Shown here: positions 11,001-23,769 of the stretch, piece by piece | How the letters are laid out: each line of letters begins with the position of its first letter | How positions within the stretch are numbered: the stretch's first letter is position 1 | Source: Camelus dromedarius | Taxonomy: Eukaryota | DNA length: 64,000 bases | Reading direction: 5' to 3' | Assembly (NCBI RefSeq): GCF_036321535.1 | Contig: NC_087437.1 | Span: 114,454,001-114,518,000, forward strand | Program-made: the position numbers and the translations under genes | Notes under the pieces: model-generated | The model's database searches: none | Seen by the model: the letters and a program-made list of their open reading frames with translations, nothing else | What the model was told of the DNA's origin: nothing

Positions 11001-12230
11001 TTAGAGGAATGTGAGATTCTTCAAGCTTCAAGCTGGGTTCTGTAGAAAGCATCCCTTAAGACAGAGAAGATAGGTTGGGTGACCTCAAATGACTGCATAT
11101 AAGCTAACCAAAAATTATGGCTTCCTCAGATAATATTTCCCCTGTTACAAAGGTTGAGAATTTCCCACGTCATGTTTTAAAGGGGCACCTAATCGTATCA
11201 TCAGTGTTCCCTGTCCTTTTCCCAGCTGCCAGGTCCTGGACTCAGCGTCGTTTGTGTAGCTCTGCCCCCTCCTCTCCCACCCCAAAGTCACACCCGCACT
11301 CTTGCTAAAAGCTGTGGACAATAAATCACATCATTTATAGTGCAAAAAAGGAATCATTGATTTTGTTCTGATTAGTCATCATAATGCTTTTCTCTTATAT
11401 GTACTTAATCACTGTGGTTTCTCCAAGAATGGAAAGTTGTCCTTTCTATGGGAGAATCTAAATAGCTCTCTAAACACCAGACACCAGCTGGGCAAACAGC
11501 GCAGAGAATTTCGGTGCCTGTGATGAGCGCCACCACGCCCTCCGCCAAGGCCACGCAGCCCTCCGCGCAAACGCCAAATTACAAGCCGGCATGGAGCGAT
11601 CCTTTTGATCTAACAGTGGAAGCTTCCATTTGTTGAGAAGCTGTTTCATCCAGCTTCGTGGTGAGTCACACAGCCTGAAGATGATAAACGGACTGTAGAT
11701 TCAGGCAGTGTTTCCCTCCCAGGGCTGGGACCAGACGCATTCCGGAGCAGCAACGCTGCAACGGGAAACAGCAATACAGCTGGCAGCCTGGCGAGGGGCC
11801 GGAAGGGAATGCTTCCCCGCTGGGCCCGTCCCTGCACAGCGATCAGGCCTCCAGCACTCTGCGATCTTAAGCCCGGGAAACACCGAATTCAGCATCCAAG
11901 AGAGCTCACACTGCCTGGCGCTCCTAAAGAGAACCCCGGCCGCTGCTGAAGCGGGTGTGTGCCCACCCACATTATCCACGTGTTGAGGCAGGGTGAGATA
12001 GGGTGAGAAAAAAAAAAAAGGAACGAACGAACGACTCCTGTGGGACTGCGGACTGTGGAGTAACCAGTTGGCATTCTCCCATTAAGGAATGTTCTAGTGT
12101 CAGGAGACGCAGGTTTGAGGAGCGATGCTGCCTCCGCCTGTTCTAGGGGAAGAGGGCTGCCCAGCGGCTCTTGCTAAGCAGAGAGGCTCCTTGGGGCAGC
12201 TGGCGCTGGGAGGAGCATTTCCAGAGCACA

Positions 12231-12246
12231 GCACCAGGGGGCGCTG
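12231..12246 (+). promoter_or_regulatory. Candidate CTCF site
   Basis: GCACCAGGGGGCGCTG, near-consensus CTCF core; motif match only. Confidence 0.45.
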
Positions 12247-13983
12247 CAGCCGACGGAAGGGAACAGGGCCCTCAGTGCCAAGGCCACCTGAGGTCTGACC
12301 CTGGGCACGGTCAGCCTCCCAGGGTAGGCCGCAGTGAACCTGGAGCCCGGCTCCCTGGGGGCGCGACTGCCTGGCTTCTAGCTCTGTGGGAGGAAGAATG
12401 AAGCCAGGTCTTTAATTTGCATTTTTTCATTAAGTGGAGTCAAGCCCTTTGGTATCCACGGATACTGTGGTCGCCTTGACTGGATAGTGTCTTTACATTC
12501 TGAATTCCAAGCTACCAGCTACCAGCACACTCTTATTTATTTGCAGCTCTTTATACAACCTGGAGCACACTCAACGGGAGCCTCGCCTCGCGCCGTACCG
12601 GGCGCACTGCTCTCGGGGTTGTGCCAAGCTCAGGCTACGGAACCCCGATCGCATTAGTAAAGCTGGGTCTACTCCGGCCAGGTCAGTGTTGAACGCTTTT
12701 AAATACAGGACTTGGTGAAAGCAGCAGAACTATTAAGCCCTCCCTGTAAACTGAAAGCTGAACTATATGCATATTGGTTCCCCTAGGAGGTGACGGGCCT
12801 CGGTGATTTCCACATCTGAGGCTCACATTCAGCAAGATACTGACATCAACAAGGGCTGAGGCCCAGAGCACTGCTGCGGCCACGGGGACCTCCCTTCCTC
12901 GCTCCGTTGAAGAGCGGAGAGGAGTCTAAACAAGGGTAAAATCCGGAGACACGTGGGGAGGGAGAGCGGGAGGCAGATGGGGGCTTCGTCCTCGGAAAGC
13001 ACACCCGAGCAGAGAGGGCGTCTTCCCGAGCACGGGTGATGAACGCCCTACGGACCAGATGGAGGCGGCCATGCAGAAGCCAGCCACCTGCTCTCACAGA
13101 CCACTCCCAGCTTCTCTCCACGTTCTGCCCTCTTTCCTCCCTCCTCCCGGAGCTTCACTGGGAAGCAGCTGCAACGCGGGGAGGTGCTGAAGCTCCTGGT
13201 GCCTGGCTCCTGTCTCTGGACACAGCGGTGGGGTAGGGGCGCTCTCACTCCCTGGGGTCAGGGCAGCCCCGGCCGCACTGGTTCAGCCCCACCCCGTGGC
13301 AGTCTCCTCTTGCCCTGTCCGGAGAGCCACCCCCGCCCTCGGGTCTGGATCTGTCCTCAGGGTCCCTGCACATCCTTTTCTGCCTGCCCTGCTCCGGTTT
13401 CTTCAGGACTTACCCTGGTCTGTCACTTTCTTGTTTTGGGCAGGGACTTAACACTTAGTCTCTCCTAAGGAGCAGCCCCACGTCTCCTTTCTGTATCAAT
13501 TATCGATTTTCAACAATTGTTTTTGCAGAGATTGGCTTCCCCCAGATGGATCCATGCCCACAGCCACTTTGCTGAAAACCTGAGTAAAACCAGAGCTCTG
13601 GCTCACTCTCCATCCTCCATGCTCTGTCTGGCAACTGTATCCTCCACCGCAGTCGGTGCCTGCGTGTTCCAGGAGAGGGACCGCTGGGAAGAGGCATCTC
13701 TCAACTGGGTTCCAAGCACGACACAGTTCCCTTCATGTGGAACCATAAATATTATGACACGACGGGAAGGAAAAATCAATCATAGCTGGCAATGAGATGT
13801 GAAGGGGGAGAGGGGGTTCTTCTATGACCCCCGAACTTTGAACTTGGGTGACCAGGAAGATGGCAAACAAGAGGAGAAAGACAAAACAGAGGCATGTATG
13901 GGTGGGTGTGCATGAGGGGTCTCCCCCCAAAGATAACAGCTGCCTGAAATATTGTTAATCATCCCTTTGCTTCATCATATAAG

Positions 13984-14882
13984 CAGTGGTGTGACGGTAA
14001 ATGTTTAACAGTCAGCTTTCAAAAATTAAACATTTGTGTGCACATATCCCTAATAAGTTTGTTATAAATTTTTTTGATACAGAGGATGTTATAGCACATG
14101 ATTTACAAGTAATAATAAAATACACAGTATCCTTTACTGTAAATCTGTACAGTCAATTGATTCTCAAAGAATATTTCTGTTGACTTTCGCCAAACCTTGA
14201 TAACTGCAGCCAACCTATGGTTGCAACGATGAACAAATGTCGTTTCAGTATAAATGTTGGTTGATATTTTGGTTTACATTAACAAGTAAGAAGAAAGCAA
14301 AATGACAAAGACATACAATAGAAAACCACTTTTTCATCAGTCATGTGAGCAACTTCTTTGTTGAATCAGGTAATAGTTTTCAAATTCTGGAAGGCTATTT
14401 CCTCAATCTCTGTGTTATTCACAGTGTAACAGCCACAGATGTGACAAGCTTGTCAGTTTAACCTGTTAATCATTATTACCATTTTGTCCATCATTTTATT
14501 ATGTCTAAACAATCAAGCCCTGATTTGTAGCATTTGCCAATTTCTTTCATATAAAGACACCCATTGTGGTCCATTTCAAGCCACCAAGGTGGTATCACTG
14601 AACGCTGAACTGAGAAGAGGCCATAGTCGCACACCGGTTACAGGATGTTCACCACAGAGACACAAAAGACACAGTAACCTCAAAAGCAAAACGGAGAAAG
14701 ATAACTAGGCAGTGATGAGTCAGAGTATTCATTACCGTTGTCTTGAGTATAATTTATTTTATTGTAAATTTATATAATTTCATTTTTAATAATGGCTGTG
14801 TTTAACAACTGGCTTGCTACATTCCTGAAAATTTGACTATCGGATCTTGGAAGCCAGTTCAAGCTGGCTCTGGTACACCTCA
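13984..14882 (-). mobile_element. MER63-like (hAT-Blackjack) DNA transposon, near full length
   Basis: Starts CAGTGGTGTG..GGTAAATGTTTAACA; other end TTTTTAATAATGGCTGTGTTTAACAACTGGCT..GGCTCTGGTACACC; internal CCCTGATTTGTAGCATTTGCC. Confidence 0.75.
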
Positions 14883-14989
14883 CGTGAATGCCCAAACAAA
14901 ATGCGCTCTTTCGTTTTTGTACTTTATAAAAATGGTACCGTGCTGTAGGTTATCTGTGAGTTGCTTTGTCTCTCACCATCATGTTACTC

Positions 14990-15365
14990 TTGTCTGGGGA
15001 CACTCAGCACCATCCGTCCCCTTCTTTGCTCTCAGCTCTGTCATGGGAGGTGGAACCTTGAGAACTACAACTCCCAGAATCCCTTGCCAACAGGGTTTCT
15101 GTTCTATGATCAATACAAGGTGGACTGTGGGACAAAGGCGGATTTCACTCTACCTCAGATCACGATGGTGGCAGAGCACAGGCTCCTGCAGTAGCAATGG
15201 TGGCTTCCTGCAACATCCTGATTTCCAAGGAGCACCCCTACCCTTGGATTCTGCCCCCTCCCATCCCTTCCACCAATCCTGTAGAACCTGATTTCCTGTA
15301 CTAAAGGCTTCCTGCTAGAAATAATCTAGAATGGTTTCTGGGGTTTGGATTAAGAGACTAGGATT
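14990..15365 (+). mobile_element. LTR33/LTR16-like ERVL LTR
   Basis: GAACTACAACTCCCAGAATCCCTTGCCA..GAAATAATCTAGAATGGTTTCTG. Confidence 0.55.
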
Positions 15366-16135
15366 CACCTACATTGATGCATGTAACCTAACCTCATCAT
15401 CTTCACTTTGGTGTGACAGTCTGTGCTGTGATGGTGTCACACAGGATTCTCCAAGACTGGGCTCCTTTTTACATCCTGCCTGCCCAGCCTTCGATGCTTT
15501 TAATACAGCCAGTGCACCCAGATTATACTACCACGGGCAGCAAGAGTCCATGCGCTGGTGTGTATCTACCTGGTCCTCACGCCGACTCAGACTCATCATT
15601 TCTGCCTTACCTCCTTCTCCATCTCCTTCTGCAGGTGACCCAGTGGATTCTGCGTTCGAGTTCATCAGCCTTGCCCAACATGCTATCATGTATTGAAGGA
15701 GGGTCCACTGGTGACAAAGAAGCCTGGTTCCTGTGGGTCAGTACAGGCTCACAGCTGCAGCATGGGGGAAAAAAAACATATAATAAAAATGTAGCTCATC
15801 TGCTCACAATAAATTATCTTTAAATATCAGTGGACAATAGCATGGCATAATTGGCAACAGTCCACACATGCTCACTAGTTAGTCAAACTCAGCCAGGACT
15901 TTTCCAGTGTCCTCCCGGTCCCCCACACTTGTGCTGAGATGCTCAGAAGAGAAGTGAATTTATCTCTGGGGAGAAGAGAGAAACATTTTCTCCCCTTGCC
16001 TATAGATTGAAGCCCTCTTCACCCTTCAAAACCCAGTTCAGGTATCTCCTCTTCCATGAAGCCTTCTTAAACACTACCAGTCAGAAGTACCCTGCTATAC
16101 GTCCTCTGCAGCTTGTAGATTATTCTTTACACCCT

Positions 16136-16480
16136 TGAGGGATGAGATAATGTCTTCCCTCAGACAAAAAACAGGCTTGCTTACCACTTACTATAAGAAC
16201 AGTGGATTCGCAAAGCTCAGTGTCCCTTGGCTGTGGTACAAACCCACTGCATGCTTAACATCCACCTGGACCCCTCCATAGCACGCCCGTGGGACTTGGA
16301 GGTCAAGGGGAACCCACGCCATCATGATACTCATTCAGCCGCTGTGCCATGAATAACAAAGTCCTTTCTTTGTCTCTGGTCCAGGATTCTGTCTTCTCCC
16401 AGCATCCAGTGAAACAGTAACAGGCTAACTCATTAGCTTGTGAGCGGAGTAAAATCCCAGACCCTTCCAGATGCTGAACC
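16136..16480 (+). mobile_element. MER54/MER73-like ERVL solo LTR
   Basis: 3' end AGGCTAACTCATTAGCTTGTGAGCGGAGTAAAATCCCAGACCCTTC; AATAACAAAGTCCTTT poly(A)-signal region. Confidence 0.55.
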
Positions 16481-16613
16481 AAGTCTGCGTCTTAGCATCC
16501 CTGGGGCTCCGGAGTCTCATACAGGCCCTGAGTAGTATACGTTTGGAATGCATCAGGTTGAACTGACCAGACCTAAGACAGGAAACTTTTCTTCTACTGA
16601 GTACCATTTAGCT

Positions 16614-16855
16614 CAGTGTCTCTCAGCCCTGGCACTGCTGACATTTGGGGCTGGATCTTTCTTTGCTTTGGGGGGGGCGGGCAGGGGTTTGTTCTGTGCC
16701 TTGTAGGATGTTTAGCAGCTTCCCCGGTGTCTACCCAGTAAATGCCCATAATGCCCACTCCCCGACTGTGGCAACCAAAACTGTCTCCAGACACTGCCAA
16801 CTGTCCCCTGGGGAGGCACAATCACCCCCCTTACCCCCACCACTGAGAACCACTG
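16614..16855 (+). mobile_element. MER20 (hAT-Charlie MITE), full length
   Basis: TIRs CAGTG(T)CTCTCA..TGAGAACCACTG; internal GGCACTGCTGACATTTGGGGCTGGAT..TGTAGGATGTTTAGCAGC. Confidence 0.9.
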
Positions 16856-17523
16856 GGATCACCTATCCAAAGGGTGGGAGTGAGAGTGGGAAGAGCAAGC
16901 AAAGGGGCCATAACTAAATTATAATTTTGCATGGTCTAAGATTTTCATGCACTGGAAAGAGATACAAAACATTGCATTCACCTGCCTTTTCACAGCTAAC
17001 AGTAAACACAGCAGTATGAGCACCCTGGGTGCCATGGGGTGGGGGGCAGGAGGGCATCAGCTATATCGCTATATTCACACCCCCCAGCATTTTACTTTGT
17101 AGGAACCTGAGGGATTCCACCCAAGTGGAATAGTTTGGTCTTGAACTCAGAGCTGTGGGTCTCTACATTTGTTCTTAATTATTAGCCTCATGTTATAATC
17201 CCACAAAGAAAGGGGGAGACAGACTGGGGGCTAGAAACAATAAAATGGGAAATCAAAGTTTACCTTAAGAAAAAAAGAATTACACATCAATACCAGTCTC
17301 TTAAAGGTTAAAAACATATAATATTTTAGATACTTTAAGTGGACAAGTGCCAGAATCTGTGTTAACATGTACTTTAATTCCTACATAAAATGTTTACATA
17401 GAAGCCCTCATGAGGTGCTCTCTTTTCTGCATCCAGAAAAATGCTTACTATCCAGTCCAGAAAGGAGAAAAGTGCCAAAACCTGTTTTAACCAAACGCCA
17501 CGGTGAACTTCAGTGGAGCACCT

Positions 17524-17539
17524 CTGCCATCTGGTGGCG
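17524..17539 (-). promoter_or_regulatory. Candidate CTCF site
   Basis: Minus strand CGCCACCAGATGGCAG matches CCASYAGRKGGCRS exactly; motif match only. Confidence 0.5.
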
Positions 17540-18112
17540 AGTTGAAGAACTGTCCTTAAAACACAGAGCCACTCGGTACTTTACAACGTGTGTATGAGTG
17601 ACTGCCCACCTCATTCTGAACCAAGTCACACACGTATTGATGCTCCAGACTGACTACTGGTTGATACTAGATTTCAGTAATTTGGAGAGTGGAAAAATTA
17701 CTGATTCCCTGTGGAATTACAAAGCTTGAGTAATTCCTAAGGAAAAACACTATTTTGACTTTATTTAAAACCTGAGAAGCTAACACTCCCCTCATCCTTA
17801 ATTCTCAGAAATATTTTCAGTGCACTATAGTGTTTTGCTTCAGAGGCAGAGAAGGACAGCAAGAAAGGAGGGGGAAAGAGAAGAAATGGGAGAGAGGGGA
17901 CGTCGCTGCCATTTTCAGTGCCCAAAACCATAATTTTGTTAAAAACAGGTATGTCTATTAGTCAAAGATGTGTAAGTTTTTCTTGAGAATCCTGAAAAAC
18001 ATCATCTAGAAAAATTAATGACTTCTTAGTTAAAAATAACAAGTTTAAATGTGGAATTAATGCCTAATACTAAGAAATATCAACATAACTCATGTTGATA
18101 AAAATACTTTCC

Positions 18113-18215
18113 GGGGTGGGTGGTGTATAGCTCAGTGGCAGAGCACACGCTGAGCATGCACAGGGTCCTGGGTTCAATCCCCAGTACCTCCATTAAATAA
18201 ATAAATAATTTTTTA
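18113..18215 (+). mobile_element. tRNA-derived SINE (camelid Vic-1-like)
   Basis: A box TAGCTCAGTGG, B box GGTTCAATCC, tRNA-Ala-like body, (TAAA)n tail, TSD-like AAAATACTTTCC / AAAACCTTCTTCC. Confidence 0.85.
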
Positions 18216-18228
18216 AAAACCTTCTTCC

Positions 18229-18291
18229 AGGAGGGGCCTCAAGATAGCAGACTAGAAGGACATGGAGCTTACCCTCTCCCACAAATACATC
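18229..18291 (+). mobile_element. L1 5'-UTR head-only fragment
   Basis: GGGGCCTCAAGATAGCAGACTAGAAGGACATGGAGCTTACCCTCTCCCACAAATACATC, same family as 3817-3982. Confidence 0.7.
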
Positions 18292-18414
18292 AAAATATCT
18301 TCCTCAAATTATTTTATCTGTTTCAAATATAATTGTCCCATGTCCTCATTCCTCACATCTTTAAACTGTACTCTTCTTCTGCACAATAATACCACAGGGA
18401 AGTCTATTAACACA

Positions 18415-18745
18415 TTTTGATTAATTTGACAAATGTTTTCTTGAGCACCTACTACGTGCCAGGCACTGGGCTACAGCAGTGAATGAGACATATCCTTACC
18501 CCATGGGGCTCGCACTCTAACAGGGAGACTGGCTACCCACAGGTTTTAGGTAACGTGTTAAATAAGCATCACCGCATTTAACTTTCACAACTCTGAAAGG
18601 TGGTGGGTCTTATTACCCCATTTTACATGCAAAGAAACTGAGGCTCAGAGAGGTTAAGTCATTCATCCAAGAACTCAGAAGAGGAAGTGGCAGAAGCAGG
18701 ATTCTAAATCCGATATATCTTCTCCAAAGCCCAGCTCTGAACACC
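18415..18745 (-). mobile_element. L2 3' end followed by MIR
   Basis: TTGAGCACCTACTACGTGCCAGGCACTG (L2 end) and CCCATTTTACATGCAAAGAAACTGAGGCTCAGAGAGGTTAAGT (MIR core). Confidence 0.8.
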
Positions 18746-20499
18746 TGCACCGCCCAGATACAAGTTTTCAACAGCAAAGCATGCGGTGGGAGCGGAGAGC
18801 TGCTGTGTGTGGGGCACCATGCGGACCCTGCACGGTACAGCGGAGGTGACTGCAAAGATCAGCACACGAGGCTTCCAGGCCCAGGAGCCCACCCATCCGC
18901 TCACCAGCATTTGTTAAAAATAGCGAATGATCCCAAAGTCTGCTCCAACACTCTGGAGAACCAACGTCATTCTTAAAAATCACAATCAAAAAATTATAAT
19001 CAAAGTGAAATTCAACAAAAAGATGAACATCAAGGGGACGATCAACAGATCCTGCAATTTCCCCTCAGAGGGAAGAAAAGTCCGGTTTGGGGCAACAGAG
19101 TTGGTGGGCCTTTCCCGTCCCCTGTGAATTTAGAGTAATGATGGAGGCCAATTACTGGAACTTCCTAGTGGCCAAATACAGCCGCTGAAGTGAAGATCTT
19201 GCTTCTGTACCAAGAGCACGTTTTGAAAGGCTCAGTGAGGCAGACCGTAGGATGAGGAATGAAAAGTCACAAAAGACACGCCCCTTGAACAGACGTCAGT
19301 CAGCACTTCTGTATCCCACGCGCCTCCTGGGCAGGTGTCCTAAGTCAAGACTGCATCTCACAGAAACCCGAGCTGACCTCGGAGGAGGAGCCCCTCCCCA
19401 GACACCGCCATCACAGCCCGTTCTTCCCGGCCGTTTCTGGCAAACCTTTGTTCCCACTTCTTGTCTGAAACACACTGTTTGCTTGGCAAAAGCCTGCAGA
19501 CGTGAGAACCTCCTAGGGCAAATGTTGATCTAAAGAAAATGTCCTGAGTGATCGGTGATATTTACCCAGGTATTATTTCCGCCACCTGTGCCGAGTTTAC
19601 CAAGCAGGTGGGGAGGGCTGCTCTCTCCAGCGCGTTCCACTTGAGTTGCCTGGAGACCGTTTGTTGTGTCTAACAGGGAACATAAATTTAATTGTTCCTC
19701 TCTTCACTTAAACCATGAGGATTCCAAATGAGGTCATATCGCCGAACCACATGAAGGAACCTTGTTCCTCTGAACTCGGTGAGGCTGGCCAGAGCTGCCC
19801 TCTGAAACTGGAGGCTGCAAGCTTTGCAATCAAGAAGATGTTTCAGGGTCTCGCCAAACAAGCCAGCATTCAAGGACCCCTCCCCTTGGCAGGCGTTGGT
19901 CTGGGGATGAGAGCCCCTAATTGCTGGTGATATTGACAAGCAGACCTCTCAGGTCTGATTCCCTTTTCTGCAGCCAAATAGCTAACGTATGTTTAAAACA
20001 CCCTCATCAACTACCATTTGTGGGCACCCTCATCAGCACCCATTCCAAGACATACTTGGCTTCCCCAGACTGGAAAAAAAAAAAAAAAGAAATTGGGAAA
20101 AATAAGCCCAGGAAAGGACACGACTGTAATACGTGTAATACTAGGAGTCAACTTCAAAGTTGCAGCCACTGCAGAGTCGTTAGCAACCTTAAAATCAGAT
20201 TACTAACCATCATGGAAATGCTTTAAGGTATCTTTCCATGTAATCAACATCTTTTTTCTTTTAGTTCTATTTTCATTTCATAGCACTTATCACTACTGTC
20301 ATTAACGAACCACGTGCACAATTTTTTATTCGCTGTCAATCTCTCTGCTTTTTCTGTAACTCCTCCTCAGTGGAGGACCAAAGACTGACTGGTTTGCACT
20401 CATGGGGGCTTAAAAAAAATACTGTTGCTCTCTTTGCAATAGTACTGTGATTTCACCCTCTCAGTGTGTCATCAAGCTGTTTCAAAAGCACTCTGCTTC

Positions 20500-20612
20500 A
20501 TTTCCTAGTTTTGTCATTATGCTATAGTTAGGCAAGATGTTACAGGGGTGAAGGGTACACGGTACCTCCCTGTATTTTTTGTAACTTCCTGCAAATCTAT
20601 GATTATTTAAAG
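20500..20612 (+). mobile_element. Old L1 (L1MC-like) 3' end fragment
   Basis: CAAGATGTTAC..GGGTGAAGGGTACACGGTACCTCCCTGTA..AACTTCCTGCAAATCTATGATTATTT. Confidence 0.7.
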
Positions 20613-21939
20613 TCTTGCATGTCACCTCAACAGTGGAATTTCTATTTCCATCTCTCACACCCATGATGTTGCAATGCTCTTGGCTTCCTAGATTTCACCA
20701 GAACTTTCTGGGTTTCACCACCTTTGCTTCTAATAACCGGACCAACTGGACAACCTAGTAATAGCAAGAAACTCATCTTTTTTTTTCCCTCCAACTTGAC
20801 AGAGCACATCCCTCTGTACAAACAGCTCCCCTTCTGAGACAGCCAGCCAAAGTGCCAAGTGTGAGGGCAATTTTTATATAATTGATCCCACAGAGACCAC
20901 CAAAATGTTATCACATGGCAGTAATTTTCAAGAAGAACCAGCTGGAATACCAAGGGTCAGGAGAGATGGTATATGGCTGAGCCAAACTTGCCCTCAAGAC
21001 CATTGGTTGACAATAAAACCCAGAACATGTGTCCACATTCCAAGTAGATGAACCACACACTCCTAACTAGTACTGAGCCACGGCCGTGACATTCGCATTT
21101 CACAAAGAGTCAGGCCACCGCCAAGCTGCCAAGAGCCTTGGAAAACTGTACAAAGTACGTTCAAATCAACAGAAAGTCTTCCCATGTCACAGTGTTTGGA
21201 TAACTTCTCACCTCTCCAAGCTACCCCAAAAGCCACCGGCTGAAGTCTGACACAGTGGCTTGAACTGAACAATCAGATTCAAACTTTTAAACAAACCACT
21301 GAACAGATATGAACTTCCCTGCGGGCCTGGGAACACAATCTGGTCCTGCCGGACACAAGGAGAAATCCTGTATCTCGGAGCAGAGCTGAGTCAGGATTAC
21401 AAAGTGCTCTCAGAAAATGAGTTTGCCAGTAGCCCACACCAGCCCCGAGCTGAGCCCACTCTCCAGTTCTTTGTCCTCTAAGTTGATGACCTTCTCCAGG
21501 AGGGAGAAAAAAAATCCTGCCTTAACATTCACATCAGTCTTGGAGGTCAGAAGACAACGGTTGTCTGGCTTTCCAACACCTTCACCGGCTCAAAGCATCA
21601 TTTTCTGTTGTCTCTTGTTGTAAAAGCAGATAGCAATGGCCAAAATTCAAGGGGAAACAGCTTTGGAAAAACTGCCCCAACTGGGAGTCCCAGCTACCAG
21701 GAAAGAGAAAAAGAAGTGAAAACCAATTTTCGTTGCCTCCTGGACCGAAGTGGGAGAGAGGAAAAGAGGGCCCGGAGGAGGAGAGAGAAATGATCGTCGT
21801 TATTAAAACGTCTGAATAAGGCAGCGTGATCAAGACTTAAATTCTCCCTGCCCGGCAGGGAATCCACACAGCAAATGGCCCATCCTCTCACGGATTTCTT
21901 TTAGTAGAAAAGTAATATCCATTTGGATAGCATTTTAAA

Positions 21940-22060
21940 TTCAATAAAGTACTTTCACATACAGAAACTCACTTCAACTCTCAGCAGCCCTGAGCTGTTA
22001 CCCCCACTTCACAGATGAGGAAACCGAGGCTCACAGGGACACAGCGCTGGCTGTAAGTGG
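21940..22060 (-). mobile_element. MIR
   Basis: CCCCACTTCACAGATGAGGAAACCGAGGCTCA. Confidence 0.7.
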
Positions 22061-23577
22061 AGAACCAGAGTAACCGTGGGATGGTCAGCAGTCAGAGGCA
22101 GAGGAAAGAAGCACGTGAGAACTTCCTTGCAATTCTTTGGGGAAAAACAGAATAAAACACGGCCCCCAGAGCAGAGTGTGGGGGGTGCACCCCCACCTCT
22201 GTGGGGGGCCTAGGACTGTGGAACTGGGACTTCAGAGAGATAGGTTTATTCTTAGTCTGACAATTCAAAGAGAATAGTCCTTAAACGGGTAAATTCTCAT
22301 TTCAAAGGTGATTCATAGAACATTGTCTCCAAGAAGAAATCCAACCAGAAATGTGAGATGAGAGCGTTGTAAACAAAGGCCCCCAGCTGTTACTTGAATC
22401 TGTCGGTGTCTCTAATGGAACAGCAGCTTTAGCCAAAATATCAAAGGACTTTAAAGGAGAGCAGATCACCTTGAAGTGACTCTGGCCGGCAGCCTGCTGG
22501 TGGATGGAGGCGCAGACTCTCAGAGGCAAGACCACAGGGGCCACTGGAGGTCAAGCCCAGGACTCACACCCCGAGACCCTCGGACCTCAGACAATGAGAG
22601 GCAGGTGGGCCACGGCCTCCAAGGGCTCCCCCAGGGCTTCACTGAGCGCCCACTTCCTAAACACAGAGACAAGTGCATCTGAATCCCACGTGCAAACTGT
22701 GTGGTCTTGGGGTATGAAGATGTAGGGAGGGGAGCGGGAGGAACTGGGTCCTGGGCGCTGACCCCGCGCTCTGCCCCTCAGAGTCCGGTCCTAACATCCC
22801 ACCCTCGGGAACCAAAGCGCTCAGCCCCACCACCTGACAGAGCTGGGATGCAAAGCCTATTTTGGCCGGCGCCCCTTGAATGTATAAAAGTAAAGCTGGG
22901 TTCCGTGAACTTGAGGACATGAGTCTGTGGTCCGGCTCAATCTACAGGCACATCCAGGGAGCCTCTGACGAGGGTTCCCCTTCCTCGGCTGGCTGTGCCA
23001 CCTGCAGTCGCACTGGTTTCCCCACAGGCCACTGAGGAGGTGGGCACCTGCTCATTTCAAGTGAACCTGCCCCCAGTGCTAGGCCCCCTGGGACTGCGTT
23101 CCCCACTCTGGTGGAGAAACTGGAGGCACACCGCCCTGGGCAGACGCTAAGGAGAGCAAAGTGTGGACTCCCCAAGTATAAGCACCCAAATGAACCTGGA
23201 GGCTGGGAGAGGGACCGGGTGGGACCCTGAAGAAGGCCCGGCCCCCACCTGCCTGGTCCCGGGAGACCCCTGGGGGCAGCGACCACCGACCGGCCCCCCA
23301 CTGCTCTGGGGCAGAAACAAGTCTGTCTCATTCCAGGCACTCAAAACACACACACAAACAGGACGCAGGGATGCGGCAGCCCAGGATGGAACTTCCCTCT
23401 GATGAGACTTTGGATTCGATTTCTTACATTTTAATTCACCAGATTCTGCTCTCACTTTATGCCTGGGGAATAGCTTCGCCTTCCTCCACTTCCCCAGTGC
23501 GCTCTTCTCAAGTTTTACTCCCAGTTTCTCCTTTCACTCTAGAAGCCTTAACGAATTAGGCCCATTTTGTTGTCCTT

Positions 23578-23765
23578 TCATTTATTTTTTTAATTGTGGT
23601 AACACACACATAACGTAAAATTTACCATTTCTGCCACGTTTCAGTGTACAGCTCAGTGGATCCAGTCCATTCAGCTGGTTGTACAGCCACCCTCGCCAAC
23701 CCTCTCCTGAGCCCTGTCATCATCTCAGCCGGAAGCTCTGTTCCCACTCAACGATGGTGCCCCAT
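23578..23765 (-). mobile_element. L1MB-like 3' end
   Basis: TTTTTTAATTGTGGTAA..ACATAACGTAAAATTTACCATTT..GTGTACAG..TTGTACAGCCACC. Confidence 0.75.
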
Positions 23766-23769
23766 CTCC

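Noticed and set aside
18113..18195. Functional tRNA gene
   Set aside because: Degenerate stems, (TAAA)n tail and TSD-like flanks indicate a tRNA-derived SINE.
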